A stretch of 64,000 nt of DNA from an uncultured Eggerthellaceae bacterium (GTDB lineage: Bacteria > Actinomycetota > Coriobacteriia > Coriobacteriales > Eggerthellaceae), in NCBI GenBank assembly GCA_903789375.1, contig CAIFEB010000004.1, positions 65,289 through 129,288 on the forward strand. Direction: 5' to 3'. Shown piece by piece: positions 16,506-27,100 of this stretch (its first letter is position 1; the number at the start of each line of letters is the position of its first letter). Below the pieces are notes generated by a model. The model was not told where the DNA came from. It searched no databases and saw only the letters and a program-made list of their open reading frames with translations. A program made the translations under genes and the position numbers.

Positions 16506-18182
16506 ATGGCAGAAGACGTATTCGCTCAACGTCTGAATGAGGCGATGGCCGCACGGGGCGCCAAGCAGGTCGATGTGCTGCACGCCGCGCAGAACCAGGG
16601 CCGCAAGCTAGGGAAAAGCCAGCTCAGCCAGTACGTGAGCGGCAAGACCACGCCGCGCGCCGACACGATGGCCCTGCTCGCCGAGCTGCTCGGCGTCGAT
16701 GCCGCCTGGCTTTCCGGCGCATCGAACGCAGGCGGAGCGCAGGGCACGGTCGCAGCAGAAGCGACCGCAGGTGGCGCATCCACCTCAGACGCAGGCGCAA
16801 ACGCAGCCCAAGCAGGTGAGCCGTCGCGCACCGCCCGCGCCCGATCCCACTCCAACAGCAAGCGCGCCGCAGCCACAAGCTGCGCAAACTCCTCTTCGAA
16901 CACGAAAACCACGACCCCGTCTTCCGCATCCACCCCTTCTCCCGACTCTCCGAAAGGAACGCCCATGCGCACCTTCAGCAAATCAAGCAAGCTCGACAAC
17001 GTCCTCTACGACGTCCGCGGTCCCGTCGTCGACGAGGCCAACCGCATGGAGGAGAGCGGCACGCACGTTCTCAAATTGAACATCGGCAACCCCGCGACGT
17101 TCGGATTCCGCACGCCCGACGAGGTCGTCTACGACATGGCGCGCCAGCTGCCCGAGTGCGAGGGGTATTCCGCGAGCCGCGGCCTGTTCTCGGCGCGCAA
17201 GGCAATCATGCAGTATGCCCAGGTCAAAGGTCTGCCGAACGTCACCATCGACGACGTGTACACCGGCAACGGCGTAAGCGAGCTCATCAACCTGTGCATG
17301 TCAGCGCTGCTCGACAACGGCGACGAGATTCTGATTCCCTCCCCCGACTACCCGCTGTGGACCGCGTGCGCGACGCTCGCAGGCGGCACGCCCGTGCACT
17401 ACATCTGCGACGAGCAGGCCGACTGGTACCCCGACCTGGCCGACATGGAGAGCAAGATCACCGACCGCACGAAGGCCCTGGTCATCATCAACCCGAACAA
17501 CCCCACCGGCGCGCTGTACCCGCGCGAGGTGCTTGAACAGATCGTCGAGATCGCGCGGCGCCACCAGCTGATGATCTTCTCCGACGAAATCTACGACCGC
17601 CTGGTCATGAGCGGCGAAGAGCACGTGAGCATCGCGTCGCTCGCGCCCGACCTGTTCTGCGTCACGTTCAGCGGACTTTCGAAATCGCATATGATCGCCG
17701 GCTACCGCATCGGATGGATGGTGCTGTCGGGTAACAAACGCGCAGCTCAGGATTACATTCTGGGATTGAACATGCTGTCGAACATGCGCCTGTGTTCAAA
17801 CGTCCCCGCGCAGTCCATCGTCCAGACGGCGCTCGGCGGGCACCAGAGCGTGAAGAGCTACATCGTGCCCGGCGGCCGCGTGTACGAGCAGTGCGAGTTT
17901 GTGTACAACGCGCTCAACAACATCCCCGGCATCTCGGTCGTCAAGCCGAAGGCGGCATTCTACATCTTCCCGAAACTCGACGTGAAGAAGTTCAATATCA
18001 CCGACGACGTACAGTTCGCGCTCGACCTGCTGCGCGAAAAGAAGATCCTGATCGTGCAGGGCACCGGGTTCAATTGGGGTCAGCCCGACCACTTCCGCAT
18101 CGTGTACCTGCCGCGCATCGAGCAGCTGTCGGAGGCCATGACGAAGCTCGGCGACTTCTTGAGCACGTACCAACAGCACTAG
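16506..18182 (+). CDS. XRE-family HTH domain fused in frame, via a ~90-aa low-complexity linker, to an AlaA-type class-I PLP aminotransferase
   Basis: N-terminal HTH: QVDVLHAAQNQGRKLGKSQLSQYVSGKTTP...LAELLGVDAAWL. Aminotransferase body starts MRTFSKSSKLDNVLYDVRGPV...LKLNIGNPATFGF (closely resembles E. coli AlaA) and includes an SxSK lysine motif. An internal RBS GAAAGGAA sits 5 nt before the ATG at 16966. Confidence 0.75.
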   Translation: MAEDVFAQRLNEAMAARGAKQVDVLHAAQNQGRKLGKSQLSQYVSGKTTPRADTMALLAELLGVDAAWLSGASNAGGAQGTVAAEATAGGASTSDAGANAAQAGEPSRTARARSHSNSKRAAATSCANSSSNTKTTTPSSASTPSPDSPKGTPMRTFSKSSKLDNVLYDVRGPVVDEANRMEESGTHVLKLNIGNPATFGFRTPDEVVYDMARQLPECEGYSASRGLFSARKAIMQYAQVKGLPNVTIDDVYTGNGVSELINLCMSALLDNGDEILIPSPDYPLWTACATLAGGTPVHYICDEQADWYPDLADMESKITDRTKALVIINPNNPTGALYPREVLEQIVEIARRHQLMIFSDEIYDRLVMSGEEHVSIASLAPDLFCVTFSGLSKSHMIAGYRIGWMVLSGNKRAAQDYILGLNMLSNMRLCSNVPAQSIVQTALGGHQSVKSYIVPGGRVYEQCEFVYNALNNIPGISVVKPKAAFYIFPKLDVKKFNITDDVQFALDLLREKKILIVQGTGFNWGQPDHFRIVYLPRIEQLSEAMTKLGDFLSTYQQH

Positions 18183-18269
18183 AAGCGAAAGCAGGTTGAG
18201 CAAAGCCTGCGAAGTAAGCAAGTCGTCGCCCATCGCACTGACCGCAGCAATGCCAAGCGCGAAACAGAA

Positions 18270-18296
18270 CTGCCTGCATGCGGCGCATGCAGGCAG
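18270..18296. terminator. Perfect palindrome ctgcctgcatgc-ggc-gcatgcaggcag between convergent genes
   Basis: 12-bp perfect stem, followed by a T-rich run on the minus strand. Confidence 0.5.
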
Positions 18297-18369
18297 TTCG
18301 TCACTATGAGCACTCGCTGCCGCCATCAGATTCCAGCGTCTTTCGAAGCGTCAGCGAGCCCGAGCATCC

Positions 18370-18612
18370 TTACCGGCGCGAAGCGCGACGGCGCATCCGC
18401 AGGCTCAGGGCCGCAAGCGCGGCGCCGGCGGCTCCGAACCCAAGCGGGACCGCAGCCGAGGTCGCGTCGCCCGTCTGGGGAGCTGTCTTGGCAGCGACCT
18501 GCTCAGACACCGGGGCGGACGCCGCCGTGGTCGGGTCGCCAAACCCGCCGGCGGATGCCGCCGCCCCGTCGGAAGGCACAGTCCCGTCGCCCGCATCGGC
18601 CAATCCGCCCAT
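18370..18612 (-). CDS. Small ORF encoding essentially only an APQTG-type sorting signal (likely remnant/pseudogene of a surface protein)
   Basis: ...KTAPQTGDATSAAVPLGFGAAGAALAALSLRMRRRASRR closely parallels the C-terminus of the 1..4167 protein. There is no signal peptide, and 45-bp tandem repeats lie just upstream. Confidence 0.3.
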   Translation of the reverse strand: MGGLADAGDGTVPSDGAAASAGGFGDPTTAASAPVSEQVAAKTAPQTGDATSAAVPLGFGAAGAALAALSLRMRRRASRR

Positions 18613-18724
18613 ATCGCGCCTCGCACACGGTCGCGTCCGTCAGCTTACACGCCCCGATTTCCGCACTTCCCTTCCAGCGCGGCTGTCGCTGGGGAATCGG
18701 ACGTGCGCGCAAGAACCATACTCG

Positions 18725-18871
18725 GCACACGGTTGCGTCCGTCACGCTGCGCGCGTTCGCTCCGTCTTCGCACACGGTTGCGCCCGTCACGCTGCGCGCG
18801 TTCGCTCCGTCTTCGCACACGGTTGCGCCCGTCACGCCGCGCGCGTTCGTTCCGCCTTCGCACCCGCAGCG
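18725..18871. repeat. Tandem direct repeat, 45-bp unit x3.3 (gcacacggttgcgcccgtcacgctgcgcgcgttcgctccgtcttc)
   Basis: Units at 18725, 18770 and 18815, with a diverged partial copy at ~18621. Confidence 0.8.
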
Positions 18872-19644
18872 TCGTACAGCGCACGACCAGCCTTCACGAA
18901 CAGCGCCCAGGCGCCGAGCGCCAGCGCCGCATACGGCAGCAGGTAGCCGGGGTTGCCCACGACGGCGGCCGCCCACTCGAACGGCGTATTGGGCAGCGGT
19001 TTCGTGACGAAGAAGAAGTTCGTGCCGAACACCGGGTTGAACGCCAGGAAGAACGCGCCCGCCGCAACGGCTACGACGAACGGCAGCCACAGCCGCCGAT
19101 ACGACGGCCTATACTCGCGCCCGCAGACCATGCAGATTACCATCGTCACGAGCAGCGCGTGCTCGATGAACCCGCCGATCGACGCGTACGACGCAAGCGG
19201 GCAGTACGTCCAGCTGGGGAACAGCAGGGCGCCCGTCCCGCCGACGCACGCCCACGGATAGAAGACGTCCCCTACCCGCTCGCTTGCGGACAGCGCGAAC
19301 GCAACGGCCAGGTACTCGCAGAAATTGCAGATATGCAGCGGCCAGAACACGGGGATGAACAGGCCGCATGCGACAAGCGCGATGTCGCGCGACGCAAGCA
19401 GCGCCACCGGAACGCACGCGCACGATACAAGGAACCGCCGGCGCGGGCTTCCCCATGCGACGCCTTCGGGCAGACGCATGAACCGCACGACGAGCACGGC
19501 GATGAGCAGGCAGCAGAGCGCGAGCATGAGCAGATGGCCCGTTCCGAACAGCGCGAAACCCGGCCCGCCCGCAGCGAGCCCGCCTTCGTCCATGAACACC
19601 GGCTCGGGCGTGAAGAACGCCGCGAGCGCCGTCTGCACGTCCAT
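18832..19644 (-). CDS. Polytopic integral membrane protein, function unknown
   Basis: 270-aa ORF with ~7 hydrophobic helices. The opposite-strand ORFs are Arg-rich shadows. Confidence 0.5.
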   Translation of the reverse strand: MDVQTALAAFFTPEPVFMDEGGLAAGGPGFALFGTGHLLMLALCCLLIAVLVVRFMRLPEGVAWGSPRRRFLVSCACVPVALLASRDIALVACGLFIPVFWPLHICNFCEYLAVAFALSASERVGDVFYPWACVGGTGALLFPSWTYCPLASYASIGGFIEHALLVTMVICMVCGREYRPSYRRLWLPFVVAVAAGAFFLAFNPVFGTNFFFVTKPLPNTPFEWAAAVVGNPGYLLPYAALALGAWALFVKAGRALYDAAGAKAERTRAA

Positions 19645-19668
19645 CGCCTTCGCCTTCCGCCTGCGCTT

Positions 19669-20289
19669 CTACCGTCCGACCAGCGCGAACACGATCGACA
19701 CGACGAGCACGACGGCGAGCGGGCCCGCCCCGTCGTAGAACGACGCCGGCATGGGCAGCCCGTAGTACAGCACGTAGCACAAAAGCGCCGTCACGGCCGC
19801 GACAGCCACGACGATGCCGAGCGCGGTGACGGCGCCCGACCCCAGCGCCCCCGCGGCGGACAGCGCGTCGAGCGCGATGGCCTCGAGCACGACCCATCCC
19901 ACGATGAGCGCGAGCTCGGTCGTCACCGGGCGATGACACGCCCCGAGCGTGATGGCGAGCAGGATGAAGTACCCGACCACGCCCATGCAGACGATGCCGA
20001 ACACGGGAACGGAAAGCGACAGCCCGCCCAGGCTGCCGCAGATCTGGAACACGGCGTACAGGCCCGCGACGGCGGCTCCGATGATGAAGGCGACGCCCAA
20101 ACCTTTGACCGCGCCCGGCGTCGAAGCGGCGCCCGGCCGGAAGAAGATAACCCACCAGATGAGGTAGAGCGCTGCGCACACGGCGAGCGCGATATGGCCG
20201 CGCTGAATCTGAGCGATCTGCGTTTCGTATCCCACGACAACCCCGCCTTTCGCTGTGGCGTTTCGAGATGGGCGCGCCGGAGCGCGCAT
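19669..20289 (-). CDS. Integral membrane protein, function unknown (start uncertain; possible GTG near 20240)
   Basis: Five or six TM helices. Arranged in tandem with the preceding membrane protein. Confidence 0.45.
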   Translation of the reverse strand: MRAPARPSRNATAKGGVVVGYETQIAQIQRGHIALAVCAALYLIWWVIFFRPGAASTPGAVKGLGVAFIIGAAVAGLYAVFQICGSLGGLSLSVPVFGIVCMGVVGYFILLAITLGACHRPVTTELALIVGWVVLEAIALDALSAAGALGSGAVTALGIVVAVAAVTALLCYVLYYGLPMPASFYDGAGPLAVVLVVSIVFALVGR

Positions 20290-20557
20290 CCACCCCGATT
20301 CTAGCCCCGCGGGTCGGCTGATGGGCGGGAATCATGCGCACCCGAGAGAGCGCCGTTACCCGTCGTGCCCCGTCGCGCCCCGGATGGGATGCGCATGGGG
20401 TGAAACGCCGCGAACGCTCAGCGCCGTCTTCGCCGCGGACGCTACGCGGTCACGGCCTTGAGCGCGTCCAGCGTCGACTCGGGCATCGCCGACGTGCCGC
20501 TGCGGGCATTCTAAAACCGCGCAACGTCCTGCCTGCGCCTTCGGCGCCGTACGCCCC

Positions 20558-21415
20558 TTACGGCTGCGGCACGATGATGGTCGGTACCGTGAGATTCATG
20601 AGGACCGAGTGCGATACCGAGCCGAAGATGGCGCGTCCGAGCGCCGAGCGCGAATGCGTGCCCAGGATGAGCACCTCGCAGCCGTCGGCGTACTCGTTGA
20701 GCACCTGCGTGGGCGACGCGCCCTCGATGGCGACGCCCGACACGACGAGCCCCTCATGCTGCTCGCGCAGCAGCTCGACGATCTTGTCAAGGCGCGTCTG
20801 GAACCCTTCGCCCACCGCGTGCATGCCGCCGCCCATGACTTCGGCGGGACGCGACAAAAACGGCGGAACGCCGTACGCGGATACCAGATTGAGCTGGGCG
20901 CCCTTGGCCAGCGCCAGCTGCACGCCGTACTCTATGGCCGAGTCGCTCGAATCGTCCTGCGCCACGCCGACGACGATGCCGGCGCCGACCTCGCCCTCGC
21001 TCCACGTGACGGGCACGACCACCGTCGGCACCGTCGTGGAGATGGACACACGCAGACCCTTCGCACCCGAGATGGTCTCACCGATCTTCGAGCCGTGGTG
21101 CGTTCCCAGAACCACCAGGTCGTAATCGGTCGCGACGTCGGCGAGGACGCTCACGATCTCGCCCTTCCCCACGCGCGTTTCGCAGGCGATGGCGGGATGC
21201 TGCGCCGCCACCTTCCGCTTGAGCTCGGCGAGGAACCCTTCGGCGTTCCGCTCGACGGTCGCCTCATCGACGCCCGCCGACTTCGCGTACTCCTCGCTCA
21301 CCACCGTGAGCAGCGTGACCGAGGGGTCAGGCGTCGTCGGCGCCTCGTACAGCGCCCAGGCAAGCGCGCGTTCGCCGCGTTTCGAACCGTCGATGCCGAC
21401 GAGAATTCGTGCCAT
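20558..21415 (-). CDS. Universal stress protein, tandem UspA domains
   Basis: MARILVGIDGS..., and a second domain LVVSGVAIEGA...ILGTHSRS... RBS AAGAAAGGGA. Confidence 0.85.
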   Translation of the reverse strand: MARILVGIDGSKRGERALAWALYEAPTTPDPSVTLLTVVSEEYAKSAGVDEATVERNAEGFLAELKRKVAAQHPAIACETRVGKGEIVSVLADVATDYDLVVLGTHHGSKIGETISGAKGLRVSISTTVPTVVVPVTWSEGEVGAGIVVGVAQDDSSDSAIEYGVQLALAKGAQLNLVSAYGVPPFLSRPAEVMGGGMHAVGEGFQTRLDKIVELLREQHEGLVVSGVAIEGASPTQVLNEYADGCEVLILGTHSRSALGRAIFGSVSHSVLMNLTVPTIIVPQP

Positions 21416-21521
21416 GTTTGTCAGTTCCCTTTCTTCGAGAGGCGCCTCCGCCTTGGCGGCGCGCCGTCAGATGGCTTGTCTTAAGCGTGCAGATTTGCCG
21501 TGCTGCCTTGCTTGACGGCCC

Positions 21522-21773
21522 TTACTTGAGCCAGGGCACGAGCGCGTGCAGCTGCGGCACGATGAGGATCAGCGCGAACACGACGATCAGGATGCACAGC
21601 GCGAAGCAGACGTAGGCGACGATGCGGCGCGCGGGATGGGCGTCCACGTGGGTGCCGTCCGCGGCGACTGCGCCCTCGCCCTTGATGAGATTGCGCAGAC
21701 CGAACGCGTAGAGCGATCCGATGATGCTTGCGACGCAGACCGCGCAGACCAGAACCACAATGAAGTTCGTCAT
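21522..21773 (-). CDS. Small 2-TM membrane protein co-transcribed downstream of pit
   Basis: 83 aa with two hydrophobic helices; starts 16 nt after the PiT stop. Confidence 0.45.
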   Translation of the reverse strand: MTNFIVVLVCAVCVASIIGSLYAFGLRNLIKGEGAVAADGTHVDAHPARRIVAYVCFALCILIVVFALILIVPQLHALVPWLK

Positions 21774-21788
21774 GATGTTTTGCCTTTC

Positions 21789-22943
21789 CTACTGCGCAGC
21801 CACGGCGTTGTTGCTGGGGTTGAGCTTGACCTCCGCGGAGTCGTTGACGTTCGCCGAGTTGACGGGGTTGCGGCGCGACAGACGCAGGATGACGAGCGCC
21901 GCCGCGATGCCGATGAGCGCGACCACGATGACGCCGCCCATGCCCAGACGGGCGATGGCGCAGGCCACAGCGCCGAACACGCCGGCGACGGGGAACGTGA
22001 CGAGCCACGCGATGACCATGCGGCCGGCGACGCCCCAGTTGACCTTGTTGCCCTTCTTGCCGAGGCCCGAGCCGATGATCGATCCGGAGCAGACCTGCGT
22101 GGTGGACAGCGCGAAGCCCAGGTGCGACGACACGAGGATGGTGGTCGCGGATGCTGCCTCGGCGCCGAAGCCCTGCGGGGTGTTGATCTCGGTGAGGCCC
22201 TTGCCCAGCGTGCGGATGACGCGCCAGCCGCCGGTGTACGTACCGAGCGCTATGGCGAGGCCGCAGACGAAGACGACCCAGATCTGCGGGCCGGTGCCGG
22301 AGGCCTGCATGCCCTCGGCGATGAGCGTCAGAGTGATGATGCCCATGGTCTTCTGGGCGTCGTTGGTGCCGTGCGACAGGGCGACCAGGCAGGCCGTGAC
22401 CGTCTGGCCGTGGCGGAAGCCGTCCTCGACGCGCTTCTCATCGAGGCCCTTCACTATCAGATACATGAGCTTGACCGCGCACCAGGCTGCCAGTCCGGCG
22501 ATGATCGGCGAGATGAGCGCCGGAATGAGAACCTTGGAGATGACGGCCATGAAGTTGACGCCCTGGACGCCCGCGCCCACGATGACGGCGCCGACCAGGC
22601 CGCCGAACAGCGCGTGCGACGAGCTCGACGGCAAGCCGACGAGCCAGGTGATGAGGTTCCAGATGATTGCGCCTATCAATCCGGCGAAGATGAAGGCCGC
22701 GCTGATCGTGACCTCCTGCTCGTTGATGATGCCGCCCGAGATGGTCTTGGCGACCTCGGTCGACAGAAACGCGCCCACCAGGTTGAGCGTACCTGCGGCG
22801 ATGACCGCCGTCTTCGGCTTGAGCGCGCCAGTCGCGATCGACGTAGCCATCGCATTCGCCGTATCGTGGAAGCCGTTCGTGAAGTCGAAGATCAGCGATG
22901 TCGCTATCACCATCGCCACGACGACGAGCGTTGCGATATCCAT
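21789..22943 (-). CDS. pit: Inorganic phosphate transporter, PiT family
   Basis: ...FDFTNGFHDTANAMATSIATGAL... PiT signature, repeated in the second half as HGTNDAQKTMGII. Confidence 0.85.
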   Translation of the reverse strand: MDIATLVVVAMVIATSLIFDFTNGFHDTANAMATSIATGALKPKTAVIAAGTLNLVGAFLSTEVAKTISGGIINEQEVTISAAFIFAGLIGAIIWNLITWLVGLPSSSSHALFGGLVGAVIVGAGVQGVNFMAVISKVLIPALISPIIAGLAAWCAVKLMYLIVKGLDEKRVEDGFRHGQTVTACLVALSHGTNDAQKTMGIITLTLIAEGMQASGTGPQIWVVFVCGLAIALGTYTGGWRVIRTLGKGLTEINTPQGFGAEAASATTILVSSHLGFALSTTQVCSGSIIGSGLGKKGNKVNWGVAGRMVIAWLVTFPVAGVFGAVACAIARLGMGGVIVVALIGIAAALVILRLSRRNPVNSANVNDSAEVKLNPSNNAVAAQ

Positions 22944-23310
22944 ATGCCAGCTTTCCCTTTCGTAGCCCCTGTACTCATACGGTCAGGCATGCGCAAAGCG
23001 GCCGTATGCTGACCCGGGAGCTATGAAACAGAACGACTGTCAAAACCTTGTAAAGTAACCGTAAGGAGCACAAGGAACTAATGAGGAGACACGTTCGTGA
23101 CACAGACGTGCAGTCTCCCGTACGGCGGAAGAACGAGTCGTCTTAGCTGGTGAATGGACGTTTTCGAAACGGCGCGGCGCTTCGGCGGCAGCGCGCATGC
23201 GCGCGTGAGCCGCGCGCCCAATCCGTTCAGACGCGAAAACGGGAAGATGCGCGCGCCGAACGGGGCCGAAGACGACCCGAACGGTCGAGACGCGCCGAAG
23301 ACCCTGGGCG

Positions 23311-23529
23311 CTAGCAGGCGACGAGTTTGACGGCGTAGGCGGTCTTGCCGTCGAGCGCGATGTCGCGGCCGGCCACGCGCACGACCGTGCCGTCGATGCC
23401 GTAGCTGCGCACCACTTCGACGGAATCGTCGACGGCGAAACCGGACTGCTCCTGGAGCAGGCGGCCGCGGCGTCCCACAAGCCAGGCGATGCGGTAGCTG
23501 CCCGCGTCGGAATCGTACAGAGAGACCAC
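23311..23529 (-). CDS. Small hypothetical protein (~72 aa)
   Basis: Strong RBS AAAGGAG, 7 nt, then GTG. Non-junk composition (VVSLYDSDAGSYRIAWLVGRRGRLLQEQSGFAVDD...). Confidence 0.35.
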   Translation of the reverse strand: MVSLYDSDAGSYRIAWLVGRRGRLLQEQSGFAVDDSVEVVRSYGIDGTVVRVAGRDIALDGKTAYAVKLVAC

Positions 23530-24149
23530 AGAGCTGCTCCTTTCGCATCGCACGTGATGATTGTGAGTGCCGCCAGCTGACAGCCGGCGCGGAAGATGCA
23601 GGCGGTTCGTCCGATGAGCGCCCGCATGCAAGGCGTTCCGCCGTTGGACAGCGGCGCACACGGCGTTTGCGATCGAGCGGCCGACCTGCGACGGATGTGC
23701 TGCAGGCGCCCGGATCCCGGGGTCGCGGGCGCCCGCGCTCTCCCCCCTCGTGGTTTCGACTATGCGGCCCCGACCTGCAGTTAGTCAATAGAAACATCGT
23801 TCGACCTGGCGTTTTGGGCCCGTTCGGACGAACGCCCGCCCCACCCGGGCGCACATGAACCCGCCGAGCGTCTTTACCGGCCATGCGCAGCGGCTCCGTT
23901 TCGCACGCGTCCGGGGCGCCTACGGATCCGCCGCGCGAGATTCCGCACGCCGCGCACGGCGGCTCCCCTCGCGCCCGAATGCCGGTTTCGCCCGGACGCA
24001 ATCGCCCCCGCTTCTGCGAACCATTCGCCCCCGCTTCTGCGACCTCGGCATATAGCGTCTTCGCGCAATCTTTCCCAAACGCTTCGCATGCGCGCCTCCC
24101 TCTCATTAGAATGGATGCTTCGAACATGTGAAGCTGGAAGGAGTCGCCG

Positions 24150-27100
24150 TTGATATCGGACAAACTGCTCGCGAAGATCAGCAGCCCCGCGGTTCTCGCC
24201 CGTGCCCAGGGCATCGCGAACCGGGGGAACCGCATATCCAACCGGCATGTGAGCTACCAGAGCAAAGGCGACCTGCTGCTGTCGGCGCGCGTGCGCGGCA
24301 CCGGCGGGCGCGAGGCGTACACCACCACCGCGCGCATCAACGAGGGCGAAGGCACGGTGCTCGGCTACACGTGCACCTGCCCCGCCTCGTCGTCGTACCC
24401 CGGCGCGTGCAAGCATTCGATTGCGCTCGTCATCGACTTCGAGCTGCGTGCGCAGTCCTACGGCGGCTTCGACCCCACGCGCGACGTCAAAACCTCCCCG
24501 TGCATCACCTCGTACCTCGACGGCGCCGACGAACGCGCCGAGTCGCTCGTCGCGGCCGACGGCGGCGCGCGCCACGGCAGCATCGCGCTCATCCCCACGC
24601 TCATCGAGGACTACGACGGCTGGTCGATACGTTTCTCCATCAAGGGCGATTCGACGGCCTACGTCGTGAAGAGTCTGAGCGAGCTCGTGGACAACGTCGA
24701 AGGCGGCGTGTTCGTGCGCTATGGCAAGAGCCTCGCCTTCACCCATACGCGCGCGGCCTTCGAAGAGCGCTCCCAGCACGAGTTCGACCTGCTCGAGCGC
24801 GCGGTGCAGATCCGCCGCGTGGGCGCGGGCGGCGCGCGCTGGTCCTACTACGCCGCCCCCATCGAGCGCGACCTCACGCTGTCGACCCCCGAGCTGTTCG
24901 ACTTCCTGACGCTGTTTATGGGCGAGTCGATCCAGGTTCAATCGGGTCAGAGCGCGCGCAGCGGACGTCCCCTGCGCGTCATCGACGGAGACCCTGAGCT
25001 GCCGCTTTCCATCGAGCCGTTCGGTCCGAGCGCGTGGGAGGTCAAGCGCCAGGGCACGTGGCGGTTCCTGTCGTCGGAGGGCGAGTTCTGGGCGCAGGAC
25101 GACGTCGCCTTCTACCGCTGCAGCGACAAGCTGGCCAAGATCGCCCCGTTCCTCGAGGGCGTCTACGCCGCCGACCAGAGCGAGCTCGTGGTGTCCGACG
25201 AGGACATGCCGCGGTTCTGCTCGACGGTGCTGCCGCAGACCGAGCACGTGCTCGACGTAACGCTGCCGCCCGAGGTGGAGGCGCTGCGCCCGGCGTCGTG
25301 CACCGTGCGCTTCTACTTCGACCGTGCAAAAGACGCAGCTGTGTGCGTCGGATACGCCGTCTACGAGGACAAAGACGGCGAGGAGCACCGCCTGAACCTG
25401 CTCGACGACGCGCCGTCGCACGACATCATGCGCAACCTCGCCGCCGAACGCCAGGCGCTCGGCGTGTGCGACCGCTACCTCGACCGCGGCGACAGCACCT
25501 TCTTCGTTTCGTCAAAGGACCAGAAGCGGATGGCGACGCTCCTGTTCGAGGGTGTGCGCGCGCTGTCGGAGATCGGCACCGTGTTCACCACGCCCGCCTT
25601 CGACCGCCTGGCCGCCAAGACGCAGCCGCGCGTGACCATCGGCGTGTCCATCAAGTCCAACCTCATCGACCTGAACGTCGACACCGTGGGATTCCCACCC
25701 GACGAGCTGCACGCCATCCTGTCCAGCTACCAGCAGAAGAAGGCGTACCACCGCATGCGCGACGGTTCGTACCTGGACCTGCGCACGGCCGACCTGGACC
25801 AGGCGAGCGAGCTGGAAAGCGCGCTCGGGCTGACGTCCAAGGAGCTGGCGTCCGGCGACGTGAAGCTGCCGGCGTACCGCGCGTTCGAGATCGACGCGCT
25901 GCTCGACGACGACCAGAAGGACGCATCGTTCAACAGCTGGCTCGACGACTTCCACCAGGTGGACGACAGCGCGTTCGACGTGCCGTGCGACCTGGCCGGA
26001 ACGCTGCGCCCCTACCAGGTGACGGGCTACCGCTGGCTCGCCACGCTGTCGGACCTGAACATGGGCGGCATCCTGGCCGACGAGATGGGCCTGGGCAAGT
26101 CCATCCAGCTCATCGCGCTTCTGCTGCACGCGAAGGAGCAGCGCGCGCAGGCTAAAGCGGCTGCGGCGACGGGCGCTGCGGCCGCAGACGCGGCCGATGT
26201 GGCGCATACGGCTGGATCTGCAGACGCGCCCGATGCGGCGCGGACGGCCGCTGCGACGAAGACGGCGGGCACCGACGCCTCCGCCGACGAAGCGGCGAAG
26301 GCCGCAGGCTCCAGCGCGGAAGCGTCTGCCGACGACGAAGCCCCCGCCTCGTCGGGCCGCACGCTCGTCGTCTGCCCCGCGTCGCTCGTGTACAACTGGA
26401 TGGCGGAGTTTTCGCGCTTCGCCCCCACCATCGACGCGGCCGCCGTGGCCGGCAGTCCCGACGAGCGCGCCGCCGTGCGCGCCAATCCCGCCCACGAGGT
26501 GCTCGTCACGTCGTACGACCTGGCAAAACGCGACCTCGATGCCTACCGCGCCGAAACGTTCGACTACCTGGTCATCGACGAGGCGCAGTACATCAAGAAC
26601 GCCCAGACCCTCGTCGCGCGCGCCGTGAAGAGCATCCCGTCTGAGCACCGCATCGCGCTCACCGGCACCCCGGTCGAAAACCGCTTGAGCGAGCTCTGGA
26701 GCATCTTCGACTTTCTGATGCCGGGGTTGCTCGGCACGTACAAGCGGTTCCGCGACCGCTTCGAGGAACCCATCGTCAACGGCGACGACGACGCCCGCGA
26801 GCACCTGCGCGCCGCCGTGGCGCCGTTCATCCTGCGCCGCCTGAAAAAGGACGTCCTGCACGACCTGCCGGACAAGTTCGAGTCGGTCGTTTACGTCCAT
26901 ATGCCGCCCGAGCAGCGCAAACTCTACGATGCCCGCGAGCAGCTCCTGCGCAGCTCGCTCAAGAAGACCGGCGACGAGGCGCTGCGCACCTCCAAGCTCC
27001 AGGTCCTCGCCGAGATCACGCGCCTGCGCCAGATCTGCTGCGACCCCCGGCTTCTGTACGACAACTACCGAGGCGAGACAGGCAAGATCGACGCCATCTG

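Noticed and set aside
18703-20304. 533-aa plus-strand ORF
   Set aside because: Shadow frame over two minus-strand membrane-protein genes. Arg/His-rich.
21546-23012. 488-aa and 414-aa plus-strand ORFs
   Set aside because: Antisense to pit. Low-complexity Asp/Arg-rich.
23078-24241. 387-aa minus-strand ORF upstream of the SNF2 gene
   Set aside because: Extremely Arg-rich with no domains. The region appears intergenic except for the small 23311..23529 gene.
23874-25421. 515-aa minus-strand ORF
   Set aside because: Antisense to the SNF2 helicase.
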